Shown here piece after piece: positions 9,186 to 22,868 of a stretch of 63,337 bases of DNA. The position numbers and the translations under genes are program-made. The stretch is from Chara braunii (Eukaryota; Plantae; Charophyceae). Where the stretch lies: positions 3,522,302 to 3,585,638 of the forward strand of contig BFEA01000004.1 of assembly GCA_003427395.1 (NCBI GenBank). Reading direction: 5' to 3'. Numbering within the stretch: the first letter of the stretch is position 1; each line of letters opens with the position of its first letter. The notes under the pieces were generated by a model that did no database searches, was not told the origin of the DNA, and saw nothing but the letters and a program-made list of their open reading frames with translations.

Positions 9186-12100
9186 GTCAGGCTGCATTAC
9201 ACGGGGCTGCGCTAAGAACAGTTGGAGAGAAGAAAGGACATCGGAGGAAACGAGGAAGAAGACGAAGGAGGAAGAGAGTGAGATTGCCATATCTTGGTCA
9301 TTCCTTTACCATTTTAGGCAATCTAAGAGGCTGCATAAGGGTTTTTGGGCAGGGCGAATTCGAATCTGCAGTCGGATTAAACAAATGAATAGGAACTAGA
9401 AAAGAAAAGTCATGCGCGGAAGAGTCGAGGAGGGAGAAGAGCGGAAGAGCGGGAGTGGAAGTCGCGTGGTTCGCTCGTTTCGCAACGGAATTAAGCAAAG
9501 AAGGACTCAAAACCAAGGTTTTAAGACAAGGCGAACATGATGGCAAGGTTAGTTTTGGCATTAGGGTGTTAGTTTCTGTGCTATGAAGGAAGAAGTTTGC
9601 GCGGCTACTATGGAGTTTTCGAGAATAGCAATGTATCTTTCCATGCTCTAGGGGAAGATTCATTCTCATCTACCACATCCGGTCCGTTGCTATTATGGCG
9701 ATCGCCACCTCACCGCTTGGTGAACAATTTTACCGTGGGAGGCATAACTCCGGTACTCTTCTCCCGCGCTCTTTTTGTTAAGGCCGAAGACAAACATCAC
9801 GCCCACGGTGGTCTTCGTTACTGAGCCATGATTTTTTTCTTCTTCACTCAATGATCTTCATTTTCGTTGAACTGTTATCTTCTTCGACAAAAGAATGGGC
9901 AGTTTTCCTCCTTATGCACGCACTGGTCGTACTTAAGGGAGGCATTGGTGACAGTGAACCTACCCAGGTTCTGACTGAAGATTCATTCTATTTTTTTTTT
10001 TTATATGTGGTGAGAGGAAGGACGAGAGAAGTGAAGAGGAGAGGCGGGATATGATACGTGCGTGGGCGGCGAACTGCTGGTGCAAAAATTTTGGAATTGC
10101 ATCCTACCATGTTCTAGTGGAAGATTCATGTTCATACAGCATAATTGTAAACGGGCAAGATGAGCACTAGAGAGGGAGAGAGAAAGAGAGAGAGTACTCA
10201 CCATGGTGACGTATCTTGCCATGTTCTAGCGAAATTTTATTCGCATGCTGCATGGTTGGTGAACAGTAGGGGTGCAGCCCCATGCGAGGTCGTGGTTGCC
10301 ATCTGCGAGGTCGTGGTCATCTGCCTTACTATCAGAATCTGTGAGGTCATTGTATCCATCTACAATGCTGATTCATTTGTGCTGCTGACTAGCCCTCATC
10401 ATTGGGGTGTTGCTCATCACGGTGTTGAACAATGGAGCAGTGCATGATAACCAACGGGTTATTGTTCGTTGTATCGGGTAGATTGGTGCTCGACTTCGCA
10501 GGAACTTGGTCTTCTTCCCGCTAGTGCTCGTCCTTGCGTCCTTCCACGTGGTCCAGGTTGTCGTCTTCACTGAGATCTTGAGCACTTATTCGGTGCTATT
10601 CACCTCACCGGGGCCGATTCGCCTTTCGTGTGCCTAAATCTGGCTATTTTTGTGCGCAACCAGGTACATGCGAGTGGAGACCAGCCATGAGGCGAGGTGG
10701 CAAGGAAGAGGTTGAATGAAGCAGAAGTGAGTGGAGGGCTGGGACAAAGATCGTGGTATATTTTTCCATATTTCAGTAGGAGATTTGTTTCTCTTTTTTG
10801 CTAGTGTAACTTCCCATATTGTAAGGGAAGGTTCATTCTTACTTTTCTACACGTTTGAGGAGTGGTGTGGCGAGGCATGTGAGGGTGGTCACGTTCACCC
10901 AGGCGCTGCTCATGGTATACTCCATCGCCATCGTGACCGTCGTGATTCGCAGATCCCCCGATCAATGTGGCCATCTCCGTGTTCATGATGGCATAATTGA
11001 CTAAGTCTGTCTTAGTCTCGCTGAGTATGCTGAAAAGAGGCGAGTTGTTATCAACAACGTCACAGCAGTAATCACACTGTCGCTGGTGGTTACCATGTTG
11101 CCAAAAAGCGCAGCTACAAGCCACCAAGCTTTTGTTGCTTATGGGAATCATGTATGAGGGCAATGTATTCTCCCATGAACAAACCCTATAATAGCGGAGG
11201 GTCCGAATGTTGGCAGGACCAAGTGTCATTGTTGTTTTTCAGTAGATTGAAGTTATGGGATGTTGCTGTTTGAAAGGCAGCACCGCTGGTAGTTAGTCTG
11301 AAATTTGTGACTGTTTTATTTAAGGTGTTGCTATTGCTTCGAAAATGCTCGACCACGACGGGCTACAAATTGCGACTTACCATTACTGTCAGAAGCCATA
11401 GGAATAAGTGGCTGATTTTGAGTAAGCTTGCAGCTCAATAATGAAGCATAACATGTTGAGGAAGGTACTCTAAGTTGTTACTGAAGATCGCATATGTGGA
11501 AACGGCTGTCGCTTGTCATCAAGTTCCAAAGAGTTGTTGTTATTTTATGCTGGATTGCTGACAAAATGCACAGTGTTGAGAGAATTGTTAAATAAAGGGT
11601 GCTATTTATCTTGGTAGCTAGCCTGCTAGTAGGTGATCTACTATCACGGACTCCTTGAGTTGGAGTATAACCGTTGGTTTCGAGAGGGAGACTCCCACCA
11701 AGAAACTGCTTGCAGTACGACCGCTAAGATGCTATTTTGAGGGTTGTTGCATTTTTTCAAACGTCGGCCTCTTTTAATTTTGAACACAGTTTCGGTTCTA
11801 ATCAACCACGGCCTATTTGGAGCCTCATCGCTTCATTCTTCCTCAGGTTCGCTACTAAAACAACATTTTTGGATCGTGGTTGCCTCTCATGTGGGAGCTC
11901 TTCGAGAAGGAAATAGTGATTAGAGCCTTTTGTGGCCAGGTTTTGGCTTGGCTAGTCTTCAACTTTGTGCAAGTTGTTGTTGAAATCTACAGTGCTGGTG
12001 ATGCTACCCGTGACTGAGTGTTGTTGATCCTGGCGCATGGTGGCTGGCATGACGCGGGGGCCCTAGCTTAGTCAGTACACTTTTAAATTGTCGAAAAGTA

Positions 12101-13359
12101 GGCTCAAGCTCGAATCCAAATACCATCCGGGGAAGGAACAAGGTCAAGTTTGAATTGTGGAGGTCTCAGTTCGTCATTTGCGGCTCAATTGATCCTCGCA
12201 GCTAGTTGGATTTAGGGTTGCTACTGCGTTGGGACATTGTGTTACCATTGTTGGTGAAGATTGTTGTTTTGAGTTGCTGGTGCAACCGATATTTGAGATT
12301 GACACAGTTAAACGTTGGCACTTCGACTATGCATGCGGAGTAGTGAGTTGTTGTTGCTATTTTAGCTACTACTGCCGTATTTTGTTGCACTGCAGTGTAT
12401 TGATGATGTCTGTTGCTATGCATTCAGAATTAAACAATTTCAACCCAAAATAAAATCAGGTAATCACAATATCACGAGGTATCATAAAAATGTCATGGCC
12501 TCAATGGCCAAAAAAATAAAAAATAGTCTCAATTGAGGTGCAATCACACCCCTCGACTCAGAAGACACAGAATAAACACAAAATGTATCCAAGTAACAAA
12601 CAAGTTAGACAAAGTATAACAAACCTTAATTAACCGCATGTTTAAAGCGACCTTGGGTCAAAACACCGTGCATATCACTCTCTCATATCATAGAACAGCC
12701 CAAGAGGAAAAATTCTCACGCTGACCCACGAGGTCTTTATATCATGAAAATGTACCAATTCTAATATATCTGACATATACAGACGTATGGGCAGACACAT
12801 CCTCATCTCTCGGGGTGGTATGGCTAAACGAATCGCAATTCTCAAAATACAATCACCTTGCCTCAGATCTCAAGGCGATATTTTCATAAAAATGTACATG
12901 CCCAAAGGGAACAGGTACCACAATCAAAATTTCGTGCAGTGCTCTTGACAAGGTCACATCCTCAATGTGATCACTCAATCCACTCAAACCTACACTCTAA
13001 GTCATACCAACAACAAATTCTTACCCTCAGCGACCCACACTCTCGCGAGGCTCACAATTATGCCGTAATCACGCCCTAGCCACTCTACCTTCTAACTTGG
13101 GATAGAAATCAAAATCTGAAAAGGAGAATTTCAAGTGAACCTGTAAACTCTCATGATCCAACACAAACACACATCACACTAAAATATACATCTACTTTAA
13201 CTCACACAATATACAGCTAAGCTCCTACCAACTATCATAGAGTTGGGGCCACAGAAACGGTCAACCCGCTATCTCAACCTCTATGTTAGCGTATATATAC
13301 AGTTGAACTTAATAAAAAAAACCTTGTCCACCCCTTTCCATAACTTTGGTTACTCTACT

Positions 13360-14508
13360 TATCTTGGATACCACCACGACCGTCGCCATTATGCTCCTCC
13401 TTCACTTTTTTCCCCACCTATGAATCCAACGACCGCCTTTGTAACCTTTGGCGCCTCACTTGCCACTTTCACGGCCTCCAGTGTCACGACCATCATTCCT
13501 GCAGCCTCCTTTAATATCTTGCTCTCGACCTCTTCCACTTATTGTGCTACCTTGCAATGCTTGTTGTGCCGATGGATGGGGCGACCCCTTAGACTGGGTT
13601 TAGTTTGTCAAAGGTCCAAGCGGCATTATGCTTATCGGCGGGTCGACGCAAGGTCCATATTGGCTTACAAGGCCCTGACCACCTAGTTTCCAGGGTGTGT
13701 ACATCGGCCATAGACCTACTAGATTGTACAGTGACCACCACCTATATAGTACTTGCTCGATCGAAGAGGACTCAAGCGGTGCAAAATTGCCCCCCCGGCC
13801 CTTGCGGAGCATTCGGCTCGTATTGTGAACACTCCCTGAACTAGGTTTTTCGCCTTTCGCTGAGCCTTCGTCAATTCAGGAGGTTTATGCTCCTCCTCTA
13901 CCTCATCCACTTTCTTCCCTTTTTCTTTGTCTTAAACGCCAGTCCGCCTTTTCTGGGCCTTCATGAGATGGAGAGAATCCTGATCATTATCATTTTTTTT
14001 TTCGACTCTGACCAGTCAGCTTGCTTGACGTTCCCTCGGAGACTTTCCGCTTGTCTTTCCTGGCCTCTCCGAGTCGTGCCATCCTTTCTTTCAGTACCCC
14101 TATTTGTCTTTGTATACCACTTAATTCGCCTTGTGCTGGCGCACCCCCAACTATTTACACAGGGCTACCACAACGTTGGTCGTCCAGTCCATCTTCCGGA
14201 AACCTCAACCTCAAAAAACTCTTCAGCTCACCCTAGGTTCACGACTTCAACATGAGGGTATATACTTCCTTACTTAACTCCTCACAGACGAACAATGGCA
14301 ACATGCTCCATATTCCTTTCTCGTCTCACATCTTCACGAGGCTAAAGTTGTGATAATCGCGCAGGAAGTTATACAAGTTTCTTCCTCGAAACAATGGGGG
14401 GCGAAGGTCTGGCGTCAATAAGTCATGTACCGATTCGTGGAGCAGCACTTTAGTGAGGTATGCACTTCTCCAAAGCAAAATTCTAGCAAGACTGTTTTCT
14501 CCAGCCAT
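13360..14508 (-). pseudogene. gag: Decayed retrotransposon gag
   Basis: Read through stops: MAGENSL...PPLFRGRNLYNFLRDY...KM*DEKGIWSMLPLFV...T*GELKSFLRLRFPED, matching the gag TW-x-ELK-x-x-F pattern. A coiled-coil-like stretch and a Gly/Arg-rich tail follow. Confidence 0.65.
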
Positions 14509-14729
14509 GATGTCGCTGTTGGCCTGAACATGCATGATAAGTAACGGGACATCAGGCTATAACTTGAAAGAGTTTAAAACAAATAAGGAAAATTAATGTT
14601 GTCAATACTCAATCTCACTACCTCTTTCATCATTCACGTGGCAATGCCTTAGGGGTATAACGAACAACATACATCCTATGCCGATAACTAATTTGGACAA
14701 ATCTATAGGTCAAAAGTAGGAGTTATCAC

Positions 14730-15570
14730 AACAATCATTAGTCACTATACTCGCACTCAATAGTATGATGGTCATAGACGAGCCCCTAAGAATTTCGATC
14801 AAATGATGGACGCGCTTGCTAATATGGAGGCACCCTCTATCGGCATGTTGTTGTCCGAACTTCATCCCAATCTTCAGCCCTTTTATCTGGGTCTTGGGAA
14901 CTTGCATAAGCATCAATAACATTAACCATGTTCCTTAACCATCGGCTAGGGGGTAAAAACCTTAGGTCTAGGTACATGTCAGAGATGATTTCGCACGTAT
15001 AATGCTCATACCTCTATCCTCTCGCCCTCAAAGCGGCTTATGTTGCTACCTCTATCCTCATCCATCCTCCGAAGAACTCCTCCACGAGAAACTCGAGCAC
15101 GACGCCGCGTAACGAGCCTGAAGGAAGCATAAATTCTCCGGCATACTTGACTTCTATATAGGTGGACACCTGCTCTTCTCCTTCATGGAACATTTCCCTC
15201 GCCCACTTTACCGCAACTGCCTTAGTTATCGTTAGAGGCTTTGTGAGCAGGCTCTCTTGCCCAATTGTCAGCTCGATCTCATGCTTAACCCAAAATGATG
15301 ATGATATATATAAAGTTACTCTCACGTTCGCACTATCTTGATCCTCATCGAAGCCTGGCTCAATCCAGACAAAGATATATGCAGCTATCAATTCACCCCA
15401 CTGAAAAGAGACGTATTCCACTTCCTTGACTCCCCTTCAAGTTGGCAGGGATATTTCAAACACCCTCTCTTTCAACTAAAAGGCTATATCAGGGTCCTCC
15501 TTAGCATACGACACCTTGATTTGCCTTTGCTATATCCAAATTCTGCCCATCACAGACGAACGTCTAGCAT
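14730..15570 (-). pseudogene. Decayed ORF of unknown function upstream of gag
   Basis: ORF 15038-15421 continues in frame through scattered TAA/TAG codons (...EVAT*AALRARG*RYEHYTCEIISDMYLDLRFLPPSRWLRNMVNVIDAY...). Boundaries are approximate. Confidence 0.4.
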
Positions 15571-15615
15571 ACGCCTCCATTATTATGCTGAAATCCTCAT
15601 TTAACAGCCATCATT

Positions 15616-16880
15616 ATTGAAGTTAAGAACGTTAAGTTATTTTTTACTACAATTTGTTCCTTCCAATGTTTACAATCATCCAGACCATAGAAAATAGTAT
15701 TGATAATGTACTGCAATAGTAATGTGAGTACAAATATCAAAATTCCTAGTAATTATTACTTGTGGAAATGATGTATTACTTTAGCAATGACATCAGTAAC
15801 AACCGTAATAGATTAACAAATAAACGTTATTTATAAATTAATAACCAACCAAAATTCTATATATTCATCATGATGACAAAGAGCTTTATATCAACAGTTG
15901 CAATAAATAATAGACACGTCATGGTCAAAATGGAGTTTGTAAACAATAAGCATTCTCAAACACAATAATAATGAGAGTACTACATTCTGTTCTCTGGTTT
16001 TGACAAAAAAAATATTATATCGAGGGGCAGTATAATCCTTTTTCAAAATGGAGAATATTTTAAATCCTTGAGTCATGCTCAAGCATCAAACCTCACAGTT
16101 TGTCCCTCTGATTCCAATGTCCGCTCCTTATAGACCCTTGCCGATAAGGTAAACAACCTCGTCATACACGCTTCGAGGTGCGTTGTCCCGTCATGTGCTG
16201 ATGAACCTACCTGACACAAAATGGTTGGGGAATCACCCCCTACCCCTTTTCATTGAAGTTAAAAACGTTAAGTTATTTTTTACTGAAATTTGTTCCTTCC
16301 AATGTTTACAATCATCCAGACCAAAGAAAATAGTAATGATAATGTACTGCAATAGTAATGTGAGTACAAATATCAAAATTCCTAGTAATTATTACTTATG
16401 AAAATTATGTATCACTTTAGCAATGACATCAGTAACAATCATAATAGATGAACAAATAAACGTTATTTAGAAATTAATGACCAACCAAAATTCTATATAT
16501 TCATCATGATGACAAAGAGATTTATATCAACAGTTGCAATAAATAATAGACACGTCATGGTCAAAATGGGGTTTGTCAACAATAAGCGTTCTCAAACACA
16601 ATAATAATGAGAGTACTACATTCTGTTCTCTGGTTTTGACAAAAATATATTATGTCGAAGGGCAGTATAATCCTTTTTCAAAATGGAGAACATCTTAAAT
16701 CCTTGAGTCATGCTTTGGCATCAAACCTCATAGTTTCTCCCTCTGATTCCAATATCCGTTCCTTATAGACCCTTGCCGATAAGGTAAATAACCTCGCCAT
16801 ACACGCTTCGGGGTGCGTTGTCCCATCCTGTGCTGATGAACCTACCTGACACAAAATGATTGGGGAATCACCCCCTACCC
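15616..16880. repeat. 636-bp tandem duplication (2 copies)
   Basis: attgaagttaa.aacgttaagttatttttact starts at 15616 and 16252. Both copies end ggggaatcaccccctaccc, and identity is high. Confidence 0.95.
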
Positions 16881-18732
16881 TTCTTTGGCACGTAGTAGTT
16901 GCTTCCTTCATAGACCACAGTCTGACAAGGCTCAAACACTTTCCTTTTATTCAATAGTGATGTAGTTATTTTATCACAAAGGATTAAACGACAATATCCC
17001 ACTATGGACTAGGAACACAGTTCCAACATGAGCTTCAATATTAGTTACGAGACAAAATTATATTTTTTTCAAAGCCACCTTTCAGAGGAATAGTAATATA
17101 GGATTGCAACCTTCAGACGTGGATTTTATGCAACATCTCTACCCCCTTTTTGAAGAGCAATCCAGACGTATACGGTCGAATAGCTTTGTATGCATTGGCA
17201 AATGAAATTAAGCAGTTTATACAGATGGATCAGAGGACCACTTTTCAATAAATAAACTCATATAGATAATCTATGTAGATAGCTATAAATGAATAACAAT
17301 AATATAGAATAAAATTAAGTGCATACTCTCATATAAATAATACACTTAACTTTAGGTGGACGTAATGCAAAATAGAGAAATCTAAACAGATAGACCCGAA
17401 AGGATAGCCTCCGTAAGATAAATTCAAGCGCCCAGCTCCAATTGCATAGATTCAAGTGGATGGTCTAAACTTGGAAGGGTTCAAGCGTACGTATAACACT
17501 ACTCGATCTCACCACTTTATTAAAGATAACTAGGATGGTTCAAGTGTGAGGCTCTTCATTCTCACACTAATTACACTTGAGGTCATAAATCTCTTTTGCA
17601 AAAAAAACACCATACACAACTTTCACTTTCTATTACCGCTTGTAGTCTCTTCTACCGAGGTCCTAACATGGTGCTCACTGCACTTGTCTACCCCGTTATA
17701 CGCTTAATTCAAACACTTCGATTAGCGGGGGACAAACCTTAACTCTTTTATGGCTGAATAATTCAATGTGTCACTTAGAATCCAGAATCAAGAATCACAA
17801 TCCATACACGTTAAATTGTCGGTCCCCTTTGCTTACCTTTCCTTAAAGTCCTTACGACCTTCAACATAATACTTAGGGAGAGAGTCTATGATTTTAACTC
17901 TGGGTAAATGAGAGACTCTCTCACTTATTCTCACCCACAACCCAACGCATTTATTTTGTAACGTTGTTATGACAACTTAAACGCTTCTTATGGCCATAAG
18001 AGATACTTATAAGGTTGCCTTCAACAATGAACATGCTTGGCAATGTTGATGCCACCTCACCTGACCTTAGTCGTATCAAACATGCAAAGCATCGTCCAAA
18101 CCCTTCAATTATCAAGGTCAAAAGGGTACCAACTCCAGCTACCATTATACGAGTCGAAGTACATAAGTGCATAGTCGAAATGCTTCTCATTTTTCAAACT
18201 GTTCACATAACATTACAAAAGGCTAACGCATATGGTCAATAATCACCCACTCCCTTGAGATCTTGACGTATATCAAGAAAACACTGATGTTAAAGGGTTA
18301 GACTTTTAGCCCTTGATGCAACTGCTCCCTAACACGAGGGTGGTTCGACACTGTCACGACAACTTAGGTAGTCCAGGGGTTGTGTCAAGTACCAAAGATT
18401 TTTGCTCGAGAGTATAGGCGAGCAAAGTTGCCCTGATATGGATAATAACCTACCCCAACGATATCAGATACGCATAGCATGAACCAAAATATTATATGGC
18501 ACCTGCATCTATAAAATTTATAATCGCAACTGTTACTATAGGTGTCAGGATACTCACACTACTTTATCACGCTCACCCATCTTCACTCTTACTTAATCTA
18601 ATATAATCATCATATAATCACTCGTAGTTTTAACACATCAATCCGATCAACAATAAAAGTTATTGTTTTACCTAGATCATCAGCCCGCCAATAACCTGGA
18701 TTCTTTCACTAAGGATCCAAGTAGGCAACCGA

Positions 18733-18752
18733 GATCCCCGACAATGACGCCA
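18733..18752 (-). promoter_or_regulatory. Primer-binding site complementary to the tRNA-Asp 3' end
   Basis: Minus strand TGGCGTCATTGTCGGGGATC versus the Athila-type TGGCGCCGTTGCCGGGGATC (3 transitions). It lies 2 nt after the LTR-terminal CA. Confidence 0.8.
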
Positions 18753-21215
18753 CTTGTCGAGCGCATCGGTCCTGCAGGGGAACCCTCCCGGCCACTTCAC
18801 GCAGGATTTTGCAGAACTTCTTCACAATGGAACTTTCGCCGCTCCGGCCAAGTGTGTCAGTCGCACCTCTCGTGAATTCTTACGACAGAATAGGGGTCAC
18901 GTGACACACAACTTCCCTCACTCTAGGATAGGCGTATCCCTGCCGAGCTACCGAACCACATGTGAAAAATACTCGAGTGTGATTACAGAGGTGGCCCAGC
19001 CGAGGGCGTTTTTTGTACGCTGTAGCATAGGGGGTACACGAGGCCGAACGCCTTAATCGAACATGTATGTAAACCGACGGTCTGTGGGTTAATGTCTCAA
19101 GCAGGGTTCAACAATGGTCGACTAGGACACGCCTATATAACCAAGTGGTACGCCACACAAAAATTAAACCAAGTTTCACACCCAAATCATGCTTAGTTAT
19201 TTTTGGGTATTCAACCTATAACAATTCCCATCATGAAGCGCTAAGGTAACATGTGTAAACTTAGTATAAAATAATCTTTTACCGAACAGACGCCTATCAT
19301 AAATGACCAACCATGCGAGAATATGTAAGCGATCGCGGTTATGGAGTACTATGTAGTGCTCATAAACATGAGACCCATATTAAATCATAAGATTGCATTC
19401 GACGTTCAGATGTCGACTTACACACGCGGTAAAGGGTCGGTTCCTTAGCGAGCTCATAAGTCGATTGGGCACCTTGCCATCTTCTGCACCCTGCAGTGCC
19501 TCAAACGGGGTAGGGTAGGATGGTTTCGGGGGCAAAAGGAAACTCGGAGTGGTGGTGAGTTGGTCTGGCGGACCACCATCAACACGCTCACCCTCTTACT
19601 CGGACCCTTATCGTTTTGCCAAGATAAACCTTTAAACAAGAAAAAATTAAAATGACCGAGAACTTGCTATAATTATTCTCAAGTTTTGGCCTAGACTTAA
19701 CCAGTGTGTGTACTGACCATAACAACTCGAAAAAATACTTAAATCGGACTCACTTTTTTCGCGGATGCTCAAACCCATAATTTTTTTGTAACTAAAATAA
19801 ACAAAAAAATATACGTGAAACTTTGAATAAATATCACAACACCGTAGGTTTTGACACATCGACTAACCATGCATGATTATGCAGGCAGTTGCAAGAATGT
19901 CATACTATGTAGTACCGATAATCACGTGGCCCTTGAGGTTCGTTTTCGACACTCAAGTATCGGTTGACAGACGTTTCGAGAGGTTAAGCTTTCGACGCTA
20001 GACAATCGTGAAAGTAATTGCAAGTCCTACCTTCTTTTGCACCCTACACAGACTAGAGGTAGGCAGACATTGCCCCTTTGTGGTTGTTAAACATATCCGA
20101 CCCTAGGAATAAGGCTCCATCATCCAGGGTTTCGAAACATGTCAAGGGGTTTGACTTTGGCAGTCGTCAGGGACCTTAACGTCCAACTGTAAAAACTATA
20201 AAAAACAAAAGGTAAAAATGATTTTTTATTTTCTCTCGATACAGATTTCTTTGATCAGTGCGCATGTCATGGTAAACCAAGCGGATATATAACATACATA
20301 CAATGGGGTTAAAGGACACGGGACGATCACTCTCACAATCACAATATGACTCTTTTCAAAATATATTTATGGTTGCAGACAAAGTCAAATATGAATTTCC
20401 ACTCACAAAACATACTTGCAATAACATCAAGGATTCAAGATCGGCAAGCCACGCACTACACGGGGCCAACTTCACCCACTTTTTGCACTCATATCCCTTG
20501 CCTTATCCACAGAAGGCTTAAACTTTCTCCAACCTTCCGAAATGAAACACTAGTTTTTTTTAACTGGTTATTTAGTAAGAGTCTGGGTAAATACCCAAGG
20601 AAACAATTCAATCCACAGACACTAAGGCCTTTAGGTTAGGTAGCAAGAATGAGTTAGACTTGAGTCGAAAACTGACAGGTCGGTAACCAACCTGTTATCA
20701 AAAGGTAACAGAAGATGATCCTTGTTGGATCAGGCTGAAACTAGTCGGATCTTGAATCGAAATGGTTGAAAAATGACATGTAACACAAGACATGTCAGTT
20801 CTCAAAACTAAACTATAAGTGTATGGAGAATAAACCCCCATATCACATCTCACTCAATTTTTTTGTAAAGACTAAATCTAAAATTATTTATTAATCAGTA
20901 CTGGACGAATAAGAAATTTTCGGTTGCATCTCTCTCTATAAGGGTGAATTGCCAAGACTTTTTCTGTCAAAATATAATATAACTCCTTAAAACTAAGAAA
21001 ATTATGACAGCAATCCCTCTAGAGAAAATATATTTTCATAATTTATACGCAGGCGAATATGAGATTCGAAAGCGATTTTTTAACTCACATTTTAATTTTA
21101 TCTAACCCTCTGAATTAGCATAAATTCGAACAGCATCTCCTTTAGAGAAGTAGGTTTCCCAAATTCATATCAAGTCATATATGAATTTAAGATAAAACTT
21201 AAATTATGTCAAGAT

Positions 21216-21500
21216 CTAGGTTACCAGAGTGACTGAGGTTCACTTGCCCGACCGGGCCAAAAAAAAAAAATTAAAAATAAAAAATAAAAATTATTTTTTT
21301 TATTTAAATTTTGACTTTAAATTTGGTAACGAATTTCGATGTGAGACTAAAACAAACGTTGTTCAATTTATTTTTGGAATTTTTGGATTTTTTGGATTTT
21401 TTGCATTTTTGATTTTTTTTTGCTATGACTTTCCTTTGTCGTTGCACAGTCGGGTCGTCCGGAAAAATAGGGTGACCCAGGCGGCCCGGCTGTAGCCTAG
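21216..21500. mobile_element. 285-bp MITE with a decayed 8-bp TSD (hAT-like)
   Basis: TIR CTAGGTTACCAG...CTG-TAGCCTAG. Flanks are GTCAAGAT and GCCAATAC; the empty site in the left LTR is GCCAAAAC (2436-2443). Confidence 0.75.
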
Positions 21501-22102
21501 GCCAATACCAAGTTTAATAAATTTAACTAACCCTCTAGTTTTGTATAAATTTTGGCAGCACTCCCTTTAGAAAAATATTCATATTGAATTTATACAGAGC
21601 TAAATACAAAATATAAAAATAACCCTAATTTTACAAACTCAAAATTTGTATAAATTTCTGATTTAGTACAAATTTGGGCACCACTTCCTCAAGAAAAGTA
21701 GGTTTCCCATATTTTTACTACGCCAATTAGAAAACTCGGACAAAAGTTGAATTTTATAAAAGCAAAATTTGACTAACTCCTTGGATTTGCAGAAATTTTA
21801 GCAACACTTCCCTTAGTGAAAGTAACTTTCCAAAATTTATACTAAGTCAAATATGAAAAATAGACTTAAGTCAGAAAATACATAAATTGAACTAACTCTT
21901 ATAGCTCCAACACATCGCGAACATCTAAAGCAACTACCTAGCGAAGTTCATAATCAGACCACACAGAGTTCATATTCAATCACATGCAAGGCTATACAAC
22001 AATGGGTAGGTAATCTCACCAAAAATCATAATTGCTTTCACATAAAATAGTTCATTGATCCTCCAGATGATTATTCATTTTCCCCGTGTTACATATGGCA
22101 TG

Positions 22103-22868
22103 ACGTTATACCATTAAACTAAGAAACAATGCCTAGCATGTCATTGATTATACACAAATACGTTGTACAACTACTTCTCTTTTCTTTGGGCATGTGACTA
22201 GACCATTCGACTTTAAAACAATGTCTGATCGCCCTGAACTGTTTAAATATGCAAAATTTAATAACTTTTTGACTTGTCTTCAAAGTATTAGTAAGGGACT
22301 GGGTCATTCGGCTTAGAAACAATGTCCAACTTGGCCAGTTCATTTCCAATTATACTATTAACTTTATCTCTCTTTTTAGTGATATGACTTAAGCTAAACC
22401 ATTCGGCTTGAAAACAATGTTCAGTTGTCTGTTCACATGCAAATATAGATAAAGTATTTTCAATTATACTCATTTGTGCTTAGTGTGTGGCTTCAGGCTA
22501 AACCATTTGGCTTGGAAACAATGCTTAGCCCTTCACCAAAACCCTCCCTCAAAATAAAACATGAGACTAAACCATTCAGCTCATAAACAATGTCCAGTTG
22601 ATCTCAAGTCACACAAAAACATTAAGTTTTATCATTCGACTTGGAACAATGTCAAATTTCAATCAGAAACCTAAAAAGAAGCAGATATACCAAGCCATTC
22701 AACTTAGAAACAATGCTTGGTCTCAAAAGTCAAACAAACAAACCTTTAGCAATAAACACAGCAACCCATTTATTTTAAGTTCAACTTAGAAACAATATCT
22801 GTTCCTTCAGAAAATAAGCAATAAAACATAGCACAGAGTCATTCAGTTTAGAAACAATGTTTAACCTT
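22103..22868. repeat. Second copy of the 10-unit hairpin array
   Basis: Units start at 22110, 22202, 22303, 22398, 22502, 22571, 22631, 22694, about 22778 (disrupted) and 22838. Example arms: GGCTAA/TTAGCC and ACCAAG/CTTGGT. Confidence 0.85.

Noticed and set aside
16175-16245. Hammerhead ribozyme (CTGATGA core; also about 16810-16880)
   Set aside because: No GAAA core, and stems I and III do not pair convincingly.
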